From Haliotis asinina (taxonomy: Eukaryota), in the NCBI RefSeq assembly GCF_037392515.1, contig NC_090280.1, forward strand, positions 54,301,037 to 54,365,036: DNA of 64,000 nt. The letters are read 5' to 3'. The translations under genes and the position numbers were made by a program. The notes under the pieces were generated by a model. That model ran no database searches, was not told the origin of the DNA, and worked only from the letters and a program-made list of their open reading frames with translations. Positions 61,722-64,000 of the stretch are shown piece after piece (positions within the stretch are counted from its first letter, which is position 1; each line of letters starts with the position of its first letter).

Positions 61722-61781
61722 TGTTCTGGGTTTATGATGTCCCTGAAGGGGATCCCCAGCACCTACAACAAGGACCTGCAG
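61722..61781 (+). CDS. ASL: ASL exon ([20 protein letters not shown])
   Basis: Acceptor ggcgttgcag|TGT, donor CTGCAG|gtaatg. Matches human [20 protein letters not shown]. Confidence 0.9.
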
Positions 61782-61960
61782 GTAATGGACAGGACAGTCA
61801 CATCACACTACAAAGGGAAGAGGAAATGAGTCTGTGGCCACCTATCAGTTACAACTCTTGGTGACCAGTAGGGAGGTCCACGGTGGTACTGAGCATGTGC
61901 TTATTAACACCTTCAAGCCTGTCAAACTCACCTGTCTTCCTCATATAAATCAGGGGCTTT

Positions 61961-62142
61961 AGGGTAGATAGCGGTTAAAGTGTAGGCTCATCGTGCCGAA
62001 GACCCGGGTTCGATTCGCCATGTGGGTACAATGTGTGAAGCCCATTTCTGGTGTCCCCTGCTGTGATATTGCTGGAATATTGCAAAAATATTGCTAAACT
62101 GCTATTGCGTATCACCATACTCACTCACTCACTCAAATCATG
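61961..62142 (+). mobile_element. SINE family 1 copy with a (CACT)n tail, in an ASL intron
   Basis: ggctttagggtagatagcggttaaagtgtaggctcatcgtgccgaagacccgggttcgattcgccatgtgggtacaatgtgtgaagcccatttctggtgtcccctgctgtgatattgctggaatattgc...ctcactcactcactc. Confidence 0.75.
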
Positions 62143-62551
62143 TACAGCACAAGTGCTTATCATATAAGATATGAAATTTTAAGCAGTATGAAAACATTTG
62201 TGTGTTAGACTTTCAGTGATATCTATCAGGATTGCAATGTATACTGTGATATATTGGTAGATAAAGTGTTTGAAATTGATTGTTATGCAAATAATACATT
62301 CTACATATAAATTAAAAAATACTGTGTCATATTAATCGTTGTCACTTGCTCCCAATTTCTAGGCATGGATACAGGGGAGATAAATCATGTCAGACATAGT
62401 CACTGATCCAGAATAATGGCATGTCTGCAGGGGCAGCTGGGGAGGGGATGAAATCGGGGGTGAAGGTGCCAGGCTATGAGGTAACTTAGCTGTTTGCCCA
62501 CTGAAAATATTCATATATATATTACACTGAAAATTTTTGTATTTGCTGTAG

Positions 62552-62635
62552 GAGGACAAGGAGGCCATGTTCGACACTTATGACACCCTGGCTGGCATTC
62601 TGCAGGTGGCAACTGGTGTCCTGTCTACGCTTAAG
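62552..62635 (+). CDS. ASL: ASL exon ([28 protein letters not shown])
   Basis: Acceptor atttgctgtag|GAG, donor TTAAG|gtacgt. Matches human [28 protein letters not shown]. Confidence 0.9.
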
Positions 62636-62797
62636 GTACGTTACACAGTTTAATTTAGTCTGTCGTACAGACCCTAAAGCAAATATATCCAAGAAAGCCC
62701 ATGCAAGTCTAGAAAATGTGGCAAATCTAGATTCCCTTAGCTTCTGAAAAATAACTTCTTTAATACTTCTTTAATGGGCATTCTAGAAGTTGGTGAG

Positions 62798-63050
62798 TCA
62801 AAAATGAAACATACAGCTTTATGGATTACAACTTCTTGTTTATTACGTTGAGCGACGAAGCTATCGAAGTCCAATGCCACAAACCTTTGATTCGCTGTAT
62901 GTCGCAACATACCATGTATATAAGCTTCTCACTATTTGGTTGTATTCACATTTAGCTTGAAAACGATGTAAGAATCTACATCGAAACTTCGCTCAACATA
63001 ATGAACAAGAAGTTGTAATCCAAAAAGCTGTATGTTTCATTTCTGAAAAT
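62798..63050. mobile_element. MITE, about 253 bp with about 70-bp TIRs
   Basis: tcaaaaatgaaacatacagctttatggattacaacttcttgtttattacgttgagcgacgaagc at the left matches the reverse complement of gcgaagtttcgatg...ttacaacttcttgttcattatgttgagcga...gctgtatgtttcatttctgaaaat at the right. Confidence 0.65.
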
Positions 63051-63411
63051 TAAAGCTATTTTTTAACTATGAACTTTTTTCAGTAAAATATGTTCATTTC
63101 AGAGACTAGTTGTTAGTCTAAGTTTAACTGCCCCTTGAGAGAAAAGGCAGTAATACTGCTGACAATAGCAGATGAAGCTAAACATGGCTATGATATTTGG
63201 AGCAAAATAAAACTACAGTGGAAGGAAACCCTAAACCTAAAAGTGAAAACTGCAATAAACCAATATATGACTGGAATATTGCATGAAAATAGCTCCAGAA
63301 CAAACTCTGTCGGAGGACCAAGTGTATTTCAGCTTTCAGAGTGGTAGAATTCTGTCCATCCTTGCTCATCTTTCTGAAGATATGGGCTAGCTCACTGTTG
63401 ACATGTTGCAG

Positions 63412-63492
63412 ATCTACCCAGATGCCATGAGTGCAGCTCTCAGCTCCGACATGCTGGCGACAGATGTGGCATACTACCTTGTTAGGAAAGGG
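63412..63492 (+). CDS. ASL: ASL exon ([27 protein letters not shown]). The gene continues beyond the window end
   Basis: Acceptor catgttgcag|ATC, donor AAAGGG|gtaatt. Matches human [27 protein letters not shown]. Confidence 0.85.
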
Positions 63493-63765
63493 GTAATTAT
63501 TGTCCATGTTTTTTCCAAGATTTTGTGATTGATATTAATCGGAGAAAATATTGCCATTTCTTACAATGGAATTACCATATCGGATTCCACGTAGGGTAAG
63601 GTGATAGGGGATGGGTACCCAGATAGAAGATTTGGACCCATCCCATCCCTAAACTGGACTATGATGTGTGATAAATTCAGTTTTATCATCTGAAACTGGC
63701 TTCAACTGGCGATATCCTAGTAGATGACACTCCTATGAAATTAATCACAGTGTTTTGCATTAGAG

Positions 63766-63915
63766 GGTAGACTCATGGTTAAAGCATTTGCTCAGCACAC
63801 CAAAGGCATGGGTTCAGTTCCCAACGTTGGTGCAATCAGCTCATTTCTGGTGTCCACCACCATGATATTTCTGGAATATTGCTAAAAGTGGAGTATCACT
63901 AAACTCAATAAGTCA
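63766..63915 (+). mobile_element. SINE family 1 copy
   Basis: gagggtagactcatggttaaagcatttgctcagcacaccaaaggcatgggttcagttcccaacgttggtgcaatcagctcatttctggtgtccaccaccatgatatttctggaatattgctaaaagtggagtatcactaaactc. Confidence 0.7.
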
Positions 63916-64000
63916 ACTTCATAGTAGTGTTATCACAATGAAAATAATCATTAAGCTCTCCCTTTTCAAAGATGGTGACAGCCAGTGTTAACTGGAATCT

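Overview
This is eukaryotic genomic DNA: the genes are split by GT-AG introns, the window is full of SINEs, MITEs and micro/minisatellites, and there are no operons. The repeat content (a tRNA-headed SINE with a (CACT)n tail, and a second SINE carrying 'tctggaccagacaatccagtgatcaacagcatgagcatcgatct') looks like a gastropod mollusc and reminds me of abalone (Haliotis). That is inference from memory and cannot be verified here. The GTG/TTG-initiated ORFs in the supplied track are artefacts of a prokaryotic start table. I can support three conserved protein-coding genes by reading exons directly and matching them to remembered human orthologues. (1) An RNF34/RFFL-family RING E3 ligase on the + strand, with 6 coding exons from 7238 to 15011 (FYVE-like C-x2-C finger, CARP-type middle domain, C-terminal C3HC4 RING). 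(2) A complete major vault protein gene (MVP) on the - strand. It has 14 coding exons from 35824 down to 25963, and a non-coding first exon with a TATA promoter near 37095. The exon lengths sum to 2577 nt (858 aa) and all splice phases are consistent. (3) The 5' two-thirds of argininosuccinate lyase (ASL) on the + strand, with 14 coding exons from 51006 to 63492, running off the window end. The rest of the window is intronic or intergenic repeat. I see two SINE families that share a 3' tail module. I also see several hairpin/MITE-type elements, including a 511-bp long-TIR element with a 9-bp target-site duplication, and several tandem arrays. I found no evidence of a novel molecular system. 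The most interesting things here are structural: SINE tails that supply the polypyrimidine tract of conserved acceptor sites in two genes; a 5-copy tandem duplication of an exon end plus its splice donor; and the shared-tail SINE pair. All coordinates are hand-derived and could be off by 1-2 nt.
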